Shown: positions 1 to 9,671 of the stretch, piece after piece
Numbering within the stretch: the first letter of the stretch is position 1
Layout of the letters: each line of letters opens with the position of its first letter
Virus record (IMG/VR): IMGVR_UViG_3300038299_000353
Coordinates: 19,211-83,210 of that record
Direction: 5' to 3' (one strand)
Source: a virus
Lineage: Duplodnaviria; Caudoviricetes
Length of the DNA stretch: 64,000 bases
The notes under the pieces: generated by a model
Databases searched by the model: none
Told to the model about the DNA's origin: nothing
What the model saw: only the letters and a program-made list of their open reading frames with translations
Made by a program: the position numbers and the translations under genes

Positions 1-2
1 AA

Positions 3-140
3 AAGGAGAGAAAACAGATTCTAAAGATGCAAAAGAGAAAAGACGAAATTTTATCTAAAGACATAGATAGTTTAGATGATATGGATGAATATGTATCTAG
101 AGTATTGGGCATAACTAAATCTGAAATTATTAATCAATAA
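3..140 (+). CDS. 3' end of an ORF running off the window start; possibly terminase small subunit
   Basis: Frame 3 is open from base 3 (KERKQILKMQ...SEIINQ*). Its TAA overlaps the next ATG (TAATG). Function guessed from position only. Confidence 0.5.
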   Translation, partial: KERKQILKMQKRKDEILSKDIDSLDDMDEYVSRVLGITKSEIINQ

Positions 141-1045
141 TGAGATACTCAGAGTTTAAAACGGAAGCAGAGTTTAAAAAGTACTTGCGCAGAGAGAAGA
201 TCTTGATGGCGGAATACTTTGAAAAATTTGAACCACGATATGATTTGTATTCTAATGAAGTTATAAAGTATAAAGATAGGGCTAGTTACTTGTCTACATA
301 TTTTAATGATAAGAGGAATATGAGCAAATGGCTCAAGATTCAAGATAAAGAAACTTCTTTAAATTTTATAAAAAATAGATTTAAATTTAGAAAAGAAAAG
401 GACGAGCTGCAGTTCGTACCGTCTCAAGTGGAGAGCAGAAGCTTAAAAGAAGTTCCATCAATAAATGCATATCCTTATATCAAGGAGGATATCGTATGGG
501 AAGGCTTAAACCTAAAACAAAGATTCATTTATGAGGAAGTAGATTATAAATTTGATAATCTGGACGAAGCTATCATAGGAATCGATACAAGAGAGAAGGA
601 TAGATTAGATTTCAAGGGAATTAAAACTATAAAGCATAAGTTTGATTTTGGAGATTATGGATTTATAAATGAACCCTACTTTTGTAATATATTCTTCGAA
701 AGGAAGTCTATTACAGATTTGTGGGGTACAATGTCTAAAGGCTATGATAGATTCTGTAGAGAAATTGAAAGAGCTAAAGATTCTGGAGCATATGTCATAG
801 TTATGATCGATTATGCTTATAGTAAAGCTACTGGTTACAACTTCAATAAGAGATACTCTAAATCAACATCTAAATTTATTTTTCATAGAATTAGAAAGAT
901 GCTGCAGACGTATGATAACGTACAGTTTGTTTTTTCTGGTGGCAGAGATCAAAGTGAATACTTAATCAAGAAGATAGGCTTAATAGGTGAAAAGGCAAAA
1001 ATGTATGACCTACAGTATCTTTTAGATACTAAAAAAATAAAATGA
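140..1045 (+). CDS. ERCC4/XPF-Mus81-family nuclease domain protein
   Basis: Motifs IDTRE, GDY and ERKSITDL match the ERCC4 signature D-x-RE...GD...ERKxxxD. ATGA overlap with the terminase gene. Confidence 0.8.
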   Translation: MRYSEFKTEAEFKKYLRREKILMAEYFEKFEPRYDLYSNEVIKYKDRASYLSTYFNDKRNMSKWLKIQDKETSLNFIKNRFKFRKEKDELQFVPSQVESRSLKEVPSINAYPYIKEDIVWEGLNLKQRFIYEEVDYKFDNLDEAIIGIDTREKDRLDFKGIKTIKHKFDFGDYGFINEPYFCNIFFERKSITDLWGTMSKGYDRFCREIERAKDSGAYVIVMIDYAYSKATGYNFNKRYSKSTSKFIFHRIRKMLQTYDNVQFVFSGGRDQSEYLIKKIGLIGEKAKMYDLQYLLDTKKIK

Positions 1046-2946
1046 TTGAAAAAGGAAACTTTGGGCTAGAAGCCCCCGACGTAATAGACGAGATGCTTAA
1101 GGTCGAAGGAGACCTAACTGAAGCTGAAGCTTCTGAGATGGTTGCAAGGCTATTAGCATCAAAACCAGGTCTACTTTACAATATGCTTACTGGTGGAGAG
1201 AATCTATTTAGCTTTCAAATAGCCAAAATGGCTGTCTTAGCCAAGAGAGACTTCACCTTAGATGTAAGTGCTAGAGGTGGAGCCAAAACCTTTACTACAG
1301 CAGTATTTGCCCTAATATATGCCATTACTCATCCTGGGATTAAGATTCTAGTACTGGGTCCTACCTTAAGGCAGGCTAAGACTCTATTAAATTACATAAT
1401 GGATATATCCAAAAAGCCTAATGCTTTCTTACTGCGACAATTTCTAACCGACAAGAGTTACAAGAGAGATCCAGATAGATATTCCATAAAAATTGGAACT
1501 GGTATATTTGGTCCAGAGTCAGAGATTTTTGCTATGGCATTGGGTGATGGTAAGAAAATTCGTGGAGCTAGAGCGCAAGTAATTATCCTCGATGAGGCTT
1601 TTGCTATTCCTCAAAACATTATTGACGAGGTTATTGGGCCAATGATGATCGTCAATGCAAATATTTCGGAGAGAGTCGAAACCAAAAAGATAGAGGACAA
1701 GTTGGTGGAAAGCGGGAAAATGAAGAATAGCGAGAGACGTAAATTCGCTAATAATAAGATGATAATGCTATCTTCTGCTTGTTATGAATTTGAGTCATTC
1801 TATAAAAGATTTGAAAGTTATAGGGATAAGATTCTAAACCCAAATATAGATAGAGAAGAAGGGGAGATTACATACGGTATTGTCAACTTGGGTTGGGAAG
1901 CGCATCCACCAGAATTATTGTCGAAGACATTTGTATTAAGGGAACAGGAGTCAATGTCTGAGGATTCATTTAGAAGAGAGTATGAAGCTCAGTTCTCTCC
2001 AGACTCAGCATCTTATTTCAAGATGTCTGTGATGGCGAAGAGAACTTTAGAGCCAGGAGAATATCCTCATGTCGAGATAAAGGGAGATGACCCTTCTAAG
2101 TATTTTTATATTCTTGGGATTGACCCTAATTTTAGCAATTCAGAAACTAGTGACAACTATGCAATGTCTTTGCTTAAAGTGGAAAGAGGTAAGCAGAACA
2201 AAGGGACTTTGGTACATAACTATGCGGTCGCAGGACTTGAGGCAGAAAATATTATTAATTATATAATTTATTTGATCACCCATTTTAATATCGAATATAT
2301 TTGCATGGATTTCGCTGGCGCTAGACAGTCTTTAGATACTTGGAATAATTCCTCTTTATTTAAAGAGAGGAATCTAAAACTGGAAGACTTCGAAGCTAAG
2401 TTTGATTCGGAAAAAGATGTCAGGAATAGCAAGTACTCTTATGATTTAGGTTCTAGAAAGATTGTGCATATCCAAAACTTTAATACTGGATGGATTAGAG
2501 AGGCTAATGAGTATATGCAAATGTGCTTTGACAGAGGAAAGCTATTCTTCGCATCTGCTCCTATTGACAGCGAATTTGAGAGTATGGTAAAGAAAAAGGA
2601 TATTCCTATGGATAAAATATACTATATATATGGACAGGAAAATGAGGACAACTTCAATGAAGAAGATTGGTTGAAGAAAAAGCAGTATGATTTCGTTGAA
2701 CATCAAGTCAGATTAATATCACAATCTAAAACAGAATGCGCAAATGTTAAAATGACTGCGTCTCCTCAAGGGCATCAAACTTTTGATTTGCCAGTAACAA
2801 TGAGAAAGATGAATACGCCAGATAAGCCAAGGAAGGATAGCTATTCGTCACTTTTACTTGCAAATTGGGGCAGAAAATGCTATCAGTTACTTAACGAAAC
2901 GGACGAAGAAGAGGTATCTACTTGGGTTCCTCCTATGATGTTCTAA
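1042..2946 (+). CDS. terL: Terminase large subunit
   Basis: Walker A SARGGAKT, Walker B IILDEA, motif III LSSA, FRREYEAQF, RNase H-like nuclease LGIDP and KDSYS. Confidence 0.93.
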   Translation: MIEKGNFGLEAPDVIDEMLKVEGDLTEAEASEMVARLLASKPGLLYNMLTGGENLFSFQIAKMAVLAKRDFTLDVSARGGAKTFTTAVFALIYAITHPGIKILVLGPTLRQAKTLLNYIMDISKKPNAFLLRQFLTDKSYKRDPDRYSIKIGTGIFGPESEIFAMALGDGKKIRGARAQVIILDEAFAIPQNIIDEVIGPMMIVNANISERVETKKIEDKLVESGKMKNSERRKFANNKMIMLSSACYEFESFYKRFESYRDKILNPNIDREEGEITYGIVNLGWEAHPPELLSKTFVLREQESMSEDSFRREYEAQFSPDSASYFKMSVMAKRTLEPGEYPHVEIKGDDPSKYFYILGIDPNFSNSETSDNYAMSLLKVERGKQNKGTLVHNYAVAGLEAENIINYIIYLITHFNIEYICMDFAGARQSLDTWNNSSLFKERNLKLEDFEAKFDSEKDVRNSKYSYDLGSRKIVHIQNFNTGWIREANEYMQMCFDRGKLFFASAPIDSEFESMVKKKDIPMDKIYYIYGQENEDNFNEEDWLKKKQYDFVEHQVRLISQSKTECANVKMTASPQGHQTFDLPVTMRKMNTPDKPRKDSYSSLLLANWGRKCYQLLNETDEEEVSTWVPPMMF

Positions 2947-2949
2947 TCT

Positions 2950-2977
2950 TTCACATAAAGTCACATTAAATGTAATA
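2950..2977 (+). promoter_or_regulatory. Putative late promoter TTCACA-N15-TGTAATA (portal)
   Basis: Same bipartite motif and spacing recur before several structural genes. Confidence 0.7.
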
Positions 2978-2985
2978 TCTACCAA

Positions 2986-4995
2986 ATGGCAAAAAAGAAG
3001 TACAACTCAAATTCTCTATATCATAAAGATAGAAAAGCATACTATGCTCAGAAAGAAGCGGAAGCTTCTACTCAACAGCCAGAATTAACTTATAACGACG
3101 TCTTCTCTAGCAGAGAAAATATCGAAAAGAGCATTGGGATGGTAGGAGGCAACAGCAGGGGCGGCTCTCTGGGAAGAACTTTCGATAGTGCTTTGGGCGT
3201 TGATAGTGAGTTAGCGGCAAGATTTCCAAACCTAATAGGTAGAGGGACTATTTATCGCAGACACTCAGATGGGTATATTGGCATTCAAGAAGTTGTATAC
3301 TTGTGCCAAAAGGCTTGGGAAGAATTTCAGCTGTTTAGAAATACTATAGAAACTATGGTAGAGTTTTCCGTTTCAGAAATTCAAATCAGCGATAAAAATA
3401 GCTCTGCAAAAGCATTTTGCAAAGGATGGTTAGAAGCCGTCAATATGCAAGGATTCTCTGAGCAATTCTATAGAGAGCTTTACAGGTCTTGTAATCTTTT
3501 TATTTATAAAATAGGTGGAAAGGTAGATAAGAAAGATATTACCAGTTTAAGAGATGTTAAAAGCGGCAGTGTCAATATACCAGTAAAGTATACAGTTCTT
3601 AACCCAGCTCAAGTAGCCCTTGAAGGTGGAGTAACATATGACTCTGCAGTATACAAGATCCTTAGCCCTTACGAAATACAGAGACTTAAAAATCCAAAGA
3701 CTCCAACTGAGAAGGCTATTTTCAACAACTTAGACAAAGACATACAAGTTCAAATACGAAATTATAGTGAAAACTATGGCAGCTCTCAAGAAACTTTGAG
3801 AGTAGCTCTAGAAGATGTTGATTCTATCTTCTACCAAAAACAGGATTACGAATACTTTGCTGTTCCTCTATTCTACGGGGTACTGGATGATATCGAACTA
3901 AAAATGGAAATGAAGAATGCTGATAGGCAGATTATTAGCTCTTTGGACAGTATGCTTCTTCTTCTTACTATGGGAGGGGCTAAGGGCAGAGACGGAACTG
4001 AACTTCCTCCAAATCCTGAGCATATGGCTTATATGAAAACTCTATTTGAGAACAAGAAAGCTCAACGAGTACTAGTGGCCGATTACACTACAAAAGCAGA
4101 ATATGTAATCCCAGATATTGATAAGATCATCGGGAAAGCTAAGTATGAGCAAGTCAACGAAGATATTAGAGAAGGCTTGCAAACTGTATTTGGAGGAAAC
4201 GAAACATTCTCTAATTCGGTTACTAAGGTAAAAATATTTTGCGAAAGACTTCAGAAAGGTCAAAACATATTTAAAAGATGGCTTGAAGACGAGCTTAGTA
4301 ACGTCTGCAAGAAGATGGGGTTTAATGCTAAGCCAACTGTAAAACTTTCTTCCGTAAGTCTAGAAGATGATGCTCAGATGTTTAGAGTTTATACTAGAAT
4401 GGCAGAGCTTGGATTCCTAACTCCAGAAGAGCTGTTCGAAGCAACTAAAAATGGAATGCTTCCGAACTCTCATGAAAGCATTCTTTCTCAGAGAAAGTTT
4501 AAAAAGCAAAAAGAGGAAGATATATATTTCCCTCAAATTTTCAACAATAGTCAATACAATCCTTTGGATGCTGACACGAAAAATACTAACGACAAGGAGC
4601 CTTCTGCTAATCAAGTTGGAAGGCCCCCAAGTAAAGATTCTGGCTTCAATGAAGTTAGACAAAGAAGAGTCGGCAGTATTGAACAGCTTTCAATCAAGAG
4701 TCTTAAAGATGTGTTGTCAGAGTACGACAGCCTTAAGGAAGATACTAATACCTCCTTTGCTAAAAAATACGGGATAGAAGAAGTTAGTGAGAAGCAAAAG
4801 GAAATTACAAAGTCTATAGCTTACAACATATCCAAGAATTATGAAATAAAGGACTGGAAGAAAGCTATTGAGGAAGTTATAGAAAAGAAAATCATATTGA
4901 GTAATACGGATGTTGAAAACAAGATTGAGAGCATTTGTAATGATTTTGAGCTTAGTGACGACTTTATGGGTATGTTGATTTATCACTCCAAATAA
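2986..4995 (+). CDS. Portal protein
   Basis: 669 aa, directly after terL, helical; FRNTIETMVEFS, YTVLNP and C-terminal VGRP motifs typical of portals. Confidence 0.8.
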   Translation: MAKKKYNSNSLYHKDRKAYYAQKEAEASTQQPELTYNDVFSSRENIEKSIGMVGGNSRGGSLGRTFDSALGVDSELAARFPNLIGRGTIYRRHSDGYIGIQEVVYLCQKAWEEFQLFRNTIETMVEFSVSEIQISDKNSSAKAFCKGWLEAVNMQGFSEQFYRELYRSCNLFIYKIGGKVDKKDITSLRDVKSGSVNIPVKYTVLNPAQVALEGGVTYDSAVYKILSPYEIQRLKNPKTPTEKAIFNNLDKDIQVQIRNYSENYGSSQETLRVALEDVDSIFYQKQDYEYFAVPLFYGVLDDIELKMEMKNADRQIISSLDSMLLLLTMGGAKGRDGTELPPNPEHMAYMKTLFENKKAQRVLVADYTTKAEYVIPDIDKIIGKAKYEQVNEDIREGLQTVFGGNETFSNSVTKVKIFCERLQKGQNIFKRWLEDELSNVCKKMGFNAKPTVKLSSVSLEDDAQMFRVYTRMAELGFLTPEELFEATKNGMLPNSHESILSQRKFKKQKEEDIYFPQIFNNSQYNPLDADTKNTNDKEPSANQVGRPPSKDSGFNEVRQRRVGSIEQLSIKSLKDVLSEYDSLKEDTNTSFAKKYGIEEVSEKQKEITKSIAYNISKNYEIKDWKKAIEEVIEKKIILSNTDVENKIESICNDFELSDDFMGMLIYHSK

Positions 4996-4996
4996 C

Positions 4997-5024
4997 TTCT
5001 CAAGATTGGCGTTACCATGTATAT
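4997..5024 (+). promoter_or_regulatory. Putative late promoter TTCTCA-N15-TGTATAT
   Basis: Motif copy; TGTA begins 13 nt before the ATG at 5031. Confidence 0.65.
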
Positions 5025-5030
5025 AACTAT

Positions 5031-6539
5031 ATGCGCTCTTCGTTAAGTGATAAATTCAAATATAAAAGTACTTTCCTTTCTAAGGCAAATGTAGTATCTC
5101 TAACTACCTCTAATCTATCAAAGGCTTCTTTACAAAATTTAAAGGATACTTTGAATGTATCAGAAGGTGACTTTGAGAAAAATCCAGACCTATTATTTCT
5201 TTCTGCGGACTTGTATGTTTCAGACAATGCAAATAAAAATGGAGATCTGGTCGATAGAGAAGGAGCGCTTGAGCTTGCTAAGCAAGTACCTAATAAATAT
5301 TTAAATTTAGAACACGAACAAGATATGATCGTAGGATCTCTGATTAGCCCTTTCTACAGAAAGTATTCTGAAGATAGGGAGATGATAGAGGAGGGTGGCC
5401 TAGAAGACTATGACGGTCCAGTCGTAGTTGGAGGCACTGGATATATCTGGAAAAGTGTTAACCCAGACCTAGCTGAATTTTTAGTTCAAGCTTCCGAAGA
5501 GGATAGCGAAGAATATGGAATGGCTTCTATGTCTTGGGAAGTATATTTCAATGACTTTGAAATCTTAAAGGGATCAAAGTATGTTGCCGAGGGTGACATA
5601 GTTTCTGATAAGAGAGAAATTGAAAAAATGAAACCCTTCTTAAGGTGCTATGGAGGAAATGGAGACTATGATGGTTCTCCTATCTATAGGCTGATAAAAG
5701 GAGAAAAATTATTTTTAGGTGCTGGAATAGTAAAGAACCCTGCGGCTGATGTCAAAGGTATAATTACTTCCGAGTCTAAAATTATTAAAAATAATAATAA
5801 AAAAAATTCACAAACAGTGAAAATAAATGTAAAACCAAATAAAGCAATGAAGATCTCAAATATTACAGATTATAAAAATGCACTAGCTTCTATTACCTCT
5901 GGTGATGAAGTTAATGTAACTACCCTTGCATCTTTGGAAGCGAATTTCGATTCCGTAGTTGATAAAGCTCAAGCTTCCGCTATCGCCGACGAAATTCGTG
6001 CGAAGAGTGAAGAGTTTGCAGCTTCTATCTCCGAAAAGGATGCACTTATCGTACAGGCCGAAGAAGCTCGTGCGACGTTGGAGACGAAAATAGCAGAACT
6101 TGAAGCAGCTAAGGCCGCTCAAGACTCCGAACTTTCTGAAATTAAAGAAAAAGTTGAAGCGCAAGAAAAACAAAGAGTATTCGACGAAAGAATGACTGCT
6201 CTAAGTTCTGAATTTAAGCTTGAAGGCGAAGTAGCGAAGGTTGTTGCTGAAGAAATCAAGGATATAGATGAAGAGCAGTATGACGCTTGGCTTAGCAGAT
6301 TTAAAATTTTAGCTGGAAGTCACTTGAAGGCAGAAGCTAGTGAAGAAGTCTCTCAAGATGAGTCCGATTCAGAAGAAACCGAAGAGTGTGTAGCAGAAGC
6401 TGCGGCGGAAGAAGAAGCAGAGGCGGTAATCACCGAAGCTTCTAATTCAGCAATAGAAGAAGTTACTAACTCTCAACATGAATACAAATCCCTTAAAGAT
6501 GAATTTGAAAACTTCGAATTCGAACTTGCGGGTAAATAA
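5031..6539 (+). CDS. Prohead protease fused to scaffold
   Basis: N-half has NKNGD, LNLEH (His), MSWEV (Ser) and GIVKNPA, like HK97/herpes-fold maturation proteases. C-half is an acidic Ala/Glu coiled coil. Lies between portal and capsid genes. Confidence 0.8.
   Translation: MRSSLSDKFKYKSTFLSKANVVSLTTSNLSKASLQNLKDTLNVSEGDFEKNPDLLFLSADLYVSDNANKNGDLVDREGALELAKQVPNKYLNLEHEQDMIVGSLISPFYRKYSEDREMIEEGGLEDYDGPVVVGGTGYIWKSVNPDLAEFLVQASEEDSEEYGMASMSWEVYFNDFEILKGSKYVAEGDIVSDKREIEKMKPFLRCYGGNGDYDGSPIYRLIKGEKLFLGAGIVKNPAADVKGIITSESKIIKNNNKKNSQTVKINVKPNKAMKISNITDYKNALASITSGDEVNVTTLASLEANFDSVVDKAQASAIADEIRAKSEEFAASISEKDALIVQAEEARATLETKIAELEAAKAAQDSELSEIKEKVEAQEKQRVFDERMTALSSEFKLEGEVAKVVAEEIKDIDEEQYDAWLSRFKILAGSHLKAEASEEVSQDESDSEETEECVAEAAAEEEAEAVITEASNSAIEEVTNSQHEYKSLKDEFENFEFELAGK
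5807..5834 (+). promoter_or_regulatory. Internal late promoter TTCACA-N15-TGTAAAA inside the protease gene
   Basis: Exact motif copy; TGTA begins 19 nt before the in-frame ATG at 5847. Confidence 0.65.
5847..6539 (+). CDS. Nested in-frame scaffold protein (MKISNITDYK...)
   Basis: In-frame Met273 follows an A-rich linker with its own promoter motif; the downstream part is an acidic coiled coil. Confidence 0.6.
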   Translation: MKISNITDYKNALASITSGDEVNVTTLASLEANFDSVVDKAQASAIADEIRAKSEEFAASISEKDALIVQAEEARATLETKIAELEAAKAAQDSELSEIKEKVEAQEKQRVFDERMTALSSEFKLEGEVAKVVAEEIKDIDEEQYDAWLSRFKILAGSHLKAEASEEVSQDESDSEETEECVAEAAAEEEAEAVITEASNSAIEEVTNSQHEYKSLKDEFENFEFELAGK

Positions 6540-6563
6540 AAACAAACATAAAAAAAATAAATT

Positions 6564-7154
6564 ATGGCATATAAAGACCTAATCCTAAAACCAACTCGCA
6601 ACGTTCCTCCTCATAAGATCGTTTCTGAGTTCCGCACGGACTTCACTGGTCAGGCTGGTCATCTCGTTAAGGTTTCTTCGTACGATCCTGACAGTGACAC
6701 TTATTACAGCTCGTCCCCAGTAGGAGGTTCCTATGATGGTATCTACAGCAATCAGCAAGTAGCTCCATATTCAGTCGCTAAAACCGCAGCAGGAGATACT
6801 TCTGCTCAGGTTCTTGGCATCACCCTCGAAGGCACTGCTACTGTAGACGCTAACGGGAATAAAGTCGATGGCTTCAACAAACGTTGGGCTGACGAAAATG
6901 GTTACGTTGCTTCTGGCAAGCCAGTTCAAATTGCTACAGAAGGTCTATTCTGGATTGATGCAAATCAACTCAATGGCGGCATTCCTGCTCCTGGTTCTGG
7001 TCTTAAGGCTGGAGCTGCTGGCACATTTGCTCTTGTTGATACATCTGCTATTGTTGTTACAGGCGCTGTTTCTGCTGCTGCTCTGCAAATCGGCAAAGTT
7101 ATCTCAAGCACTGGCACACGTCAGTCTGATGTTCTAATCCAACTGTCACTCTAA
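6564..7154 (+). CDS. Capsid decoration/cement protein
   Basis: 196 aa, Gly/Ala-rich beta protein just before the major capsid gene; VLGITL...GKPVQIATEG pattern. Confidence 0.65.
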   Translation: MAYKDLILKPTRNVPPHKIVSEFRTDFTGQAGHLVKVSSYDPDSDTYYSSSPVGGSYDGIYSNQQVAPYSVAKTAAGDTSAQVLGITLEGTATVDANGNKVDGFNKRWADENGYVASGKPVQIATEGLFWIDANQLNGGIPAPGSGLKAGAAGTFALVDTSAIVVTGAVSAAALQIGKVISSTGTRQSDVLIQLSL

Positions 7155-7173
7155 AATACAAGTTACTACTAAA

Positions 7174-8313
7174 ATGAAAATTAAACTAAAAGAAAAACCA
7201 GAACAAATCGCCCTTATTAAGGCAATGGGTTCGAGTGACGAGGAAACTTCTGCAAAAGCAATGAAGGTTTTCGCAAACCTAGTTGGCCCTCTTGCAAGAA
7301 AGGTTCTTGACGAAACTAATATCATCGATTCTTTGTATGATACTATTTCCGTTGGAGAGTTTGAGCCTCGCACTATTCCTCTCGATGATTTTTATAACGT
7401 CGATAAGCCAGATTATGTTCGTGTAACATTCTCTAGCCAACCAGGCGATCTTGCATACAGCCAATTGACTGGTGCTGATGACATCCCCTTCACTACTTTC
7501 GTAGTTACAGCTGCTATCGCAATGTATCGCAAGTATCTTAAGGCTGGACGTATTCAACACGCTGAAAATGGTATTCGCAAGATGATCAACGAAGTTCGTT
7601 TCAAGATGAAGCGCCAAGGCATCCAGCCAATCCTTGATTCGGTTGCTAATGTTCAAACTAACGGTCAGTATCACGTTACTCGTTCGCACCAAGCTGGCAG
7701 ATTCGTTCTTGCCGACTTGAACCGACTCGAAACTCTTGCTTCTCGTATCGTTACTTCTGCTCTTGGCGGAACTCCTAACGCTTCGGGCGCTCGTGGCATT
7801 ACTGATATGCTAGTTTCTCCTGAAATCGTTGAAGACATTCGCGCTATCGCTTATAACCCAATGAATACTGTTGCTGCTGATGGTGGCGCTCCTGCTAACA
7901 CAGAGGACGGCATTGCTGCTCCTGAGTCGCTTCGTAACGAAGTGTATGGTGCTGCTGGTATCCCAACCCTGTATGGTTGCAACATCATCCAAATGGTTGA
8001 AATGGGCGTAGGTCAGGACTTCAACACTATCTTCGATGCGTTTGCAGGTAATAACGCTTATGTTGATAATGCTGGTACTGGTACTGCAGTCTTCAATGGT
8101 GCTACTGAGCAAATCGTTCTTGGTATCAACAGATCTGTTGATGTTAACGGTCTTGTTAAAGTTGAAATCAACGACAGTGAAAGTGGTTCAACATTCAATG
8201 CTCTTCCTGACAACCAGTTTGTTGCCAGAGAAGGTAAGGTTGGATTCTACGGAACAACTGAAGCAGGTTATCTTAGCGTTGAGCCAAGAAACCTCTTCGC
8301 TATCGCGATCTAG
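7174..8313 (+). CDS. Major capsid protein (HK97 fold expected)
   Basis: 379 aa, canonical position, strongly biased codons (CGT/CGC, GGT, ATC), followed by a strong terminator. Confidence 0.82.
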   Translation: MKIKLKEKPEQIALIKAMGSSDEETSAKAMKVFANLVGPLARKVLDETNIIDSLYDTISVGEFEPRTIPLDDFYNVDKPDYVRVTFSSQPGDLAYSQLTGADDIPFTTFVVTAAIAMYRKYLKAGRIQHAENGIRKMINEVRFKMKRQGIQPILDSVANVQTNGQYHVTRSHQAGRFVLADLNRLETLASRIVTSALGGTPNASGARGITDMLVSPEIVEDIRAIAYNPMNTVAADGGAPANTEDGIAAPESLRNEVYGAAGIPTLYGCNIIQMVEMGVGQDFNTIFDAFAGNNAYVDNAGTGTAVFNGATEQIVLGINRSVDVNGLVKVEINDSESGSTFNALPDNQFVAREGKVGFYGTTEAGYLSVEPRNLFAIAI

Positions 8314-8332
8314 AACTAATAAAATCAAAACT

Positions 8333-8361
8333 AATCCCGCCAGAAATGGCGGGATTTTTTT
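8333..8361 (+). terminator. Rho-independent terminator after capsid gene
   Basis: AATCCCGCCA-GAAA-TGGCGGGATT hairpin followed by a T run. Confidence 0.9.
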
Positions 8362-8379
8362 GTGTCTAAGTTTAGAATT

Positions 8380-8407
8380 TTCCCAAAAGTACGCTACACC
8401 TGTATAT
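8380..8407 (+). promoter_or_regulatory. Putative late promoter TTCCCA-N15-TGTATAT
   Basis: Motif copy right after the terminator; TGTA begins 13 nt before ATG 8414. Confidence 0.65.
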
Positions 8408-8413
8408 AATAAT

Positions 8414-8737
8414 ATGGAAAAAATTAATGGAAAAATTAATGGCAGCGATACTTTGGTAAGCGCTTTGGGTAATAAAAAGTCAGTAGCAGGTGTTTCTCAG
8501 TTTTTGGATTATAAAATTCTTATTAGTAAGATGCCTATGGAAAAACTATATAGGCATGGTTTAGAAGAATTTGGTATTAAGCCAAACAGATCCTTGAAAG
8601 GTAGAGAAACTTTTGAAAAAAAATGCTTGGCTGCATTCAGAAAATCTACTGGTCAATTGATGAATCAAGATTTATCAAAAAAGCTGACTAAGACCAAACA
8701 AAAGAAGCTAGATGAAGTTCTGAAGAAGGGGATTTAA
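8414..8737 (+). CDS. Small basic late protein, unknown function (start revised from 8036)
   Basis: The track start overlaps the capsid gene and crosses the terminator; ATG 8414 follows a promoter motif. Confidence 0.7.
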   Translation: MEKINGKINGSDTLVSALGNKKSVAGVSQFLDYKILISKMPMEKLYRHGLEEFGIKPNRSLKGRETFEKKCLAAFRKSTGQLMNQDLSKKLTKTKQKKLDEVLKKGI

Positions 8738-8738
8738 T

Positions 8739-8766
8739 TTCTTTGTAGGGTTTTTTAACTGTAATA
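8739..8766 (+). promoter_or_regulatory. Putative late promoter variant TTCTTT-N15-TGTAATA
   Basis: Same TTC-to-TGTA spacing; TGTA begins 13 nt before ATG 8773. Confidence 0.55.
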
Positions 8767-8772
8767 ATAGTT

Positions 8773-9228
8773 ATGTCTACGTACCAATTAACAGGAGTTG
8801 CTTATGAGCTTCATCAAGAGTTAAATTTCCCTAGCGAACCAAGTCAAAATAGAATAAACCTTTGGCTAGAATATAACGTCGGGAAATTAAACAATAAGAT
8901 TTCTACTAACTACAGTTTAAATTCTGGAGAATATGTACCTCTATTACATCAAGACGAAAAAGACATCTTAAAGTCTCTATACTATGTTGAGTATTATACA
9001 AATCTATCTAGGGATATCTTAATAAAAAGCTCTAGTGGCGGAAACATTATCTCTATAAAGGATGACGAAAGTTCAGTTACTTTTGAAAGGAGTAGGGACT
9101 CATCTGTGGAGATATATAAAATTGCTAGAGATATGGATAACAGGTCTACGGATTTAGTAAATCTATATAAACATAATAGGTCTGGACCAAGAGACCCTCA
9201 AGAGAATTTAACTGGCTTCAAGTATTAA
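8773..9228 (+). CDS. Putative head-tail adaptor
   Basis: Position after capsid; helical with ISIKDDESSVTF hairpin typical of adaptors. Confidence 0.55.
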   Translation: MSTYQLTGVAYELHQELNFPSEPSQNRINLWLEYNVGKLNNKISTNYSLNSGEYVPLLHQDEKDILKSLYYVEYYTNLSRDILIKSSSGGNIISIKDDESSVTFERSRDSSVEIYKIARDMDNRSTDLVNLYKHNRSGPRDPQENLTGFKY

Positions 9229-9671
9229 TGATAGTATTGACCGACAGTCAGCAAGATAGTGTTAATGATGGAATGATGAGTTTGCATAATTTTTTTGCTA
9301 GTAAAAACAAATTATTTGCTATCAAAAAAGGTACTACTACTGTTATTAGTGAGAGTAGCGCTCATAACTCTTATTATCAAAATAGCATTGAGAATAGTAA
9401 AACTGTTGAAACTCAAACCAGTGGAATGTTTTTGGCTAGGGCATATTATCTAGACAGGGGTACTGAATTTAAACCAATAGACGGCAATCAGGGTAGTGTT
9501 GCAGCAAGCCCTAGAATTAAGCTAGTAACTGATATAACGGGAAGAGATTTTTTAGAAGACTCAAAGGACGTTTATTGGGATGAAGAGTTTTATGATTTAA
9601 TTTCAGAACCAAGAAGACACGGCTTGCTGCAAAACAACTTCTACACTTACTTCCTAGAGAAAATCAACTAA
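9228..9671 (+). CDS. Putative head closure (stopper) protein
   Basis: Synteny, 147 aa, beta-rich, TAATG coupling. Confidence 0.5.
   Translation: MIVLTDSQQDSVNDGMMSLHNFFASKNKLFAIKKGTTTVISESSAHNSYYQNSIENSKTVETQTSGMFLARAYYLDRGTEFKPIDGNQGSVAASPRIKLVTDITGRDFLEDSKDVYWDEEFYDLISEPRRHGLLQNNFYTYFLEKIN

Noticed and set aside
8036-8413. 5' part of the 233-aa track ORF
   Set aside because: It overlaps the capsid gene in another frame and crosses a strong terminator; the real start is likely 8414.
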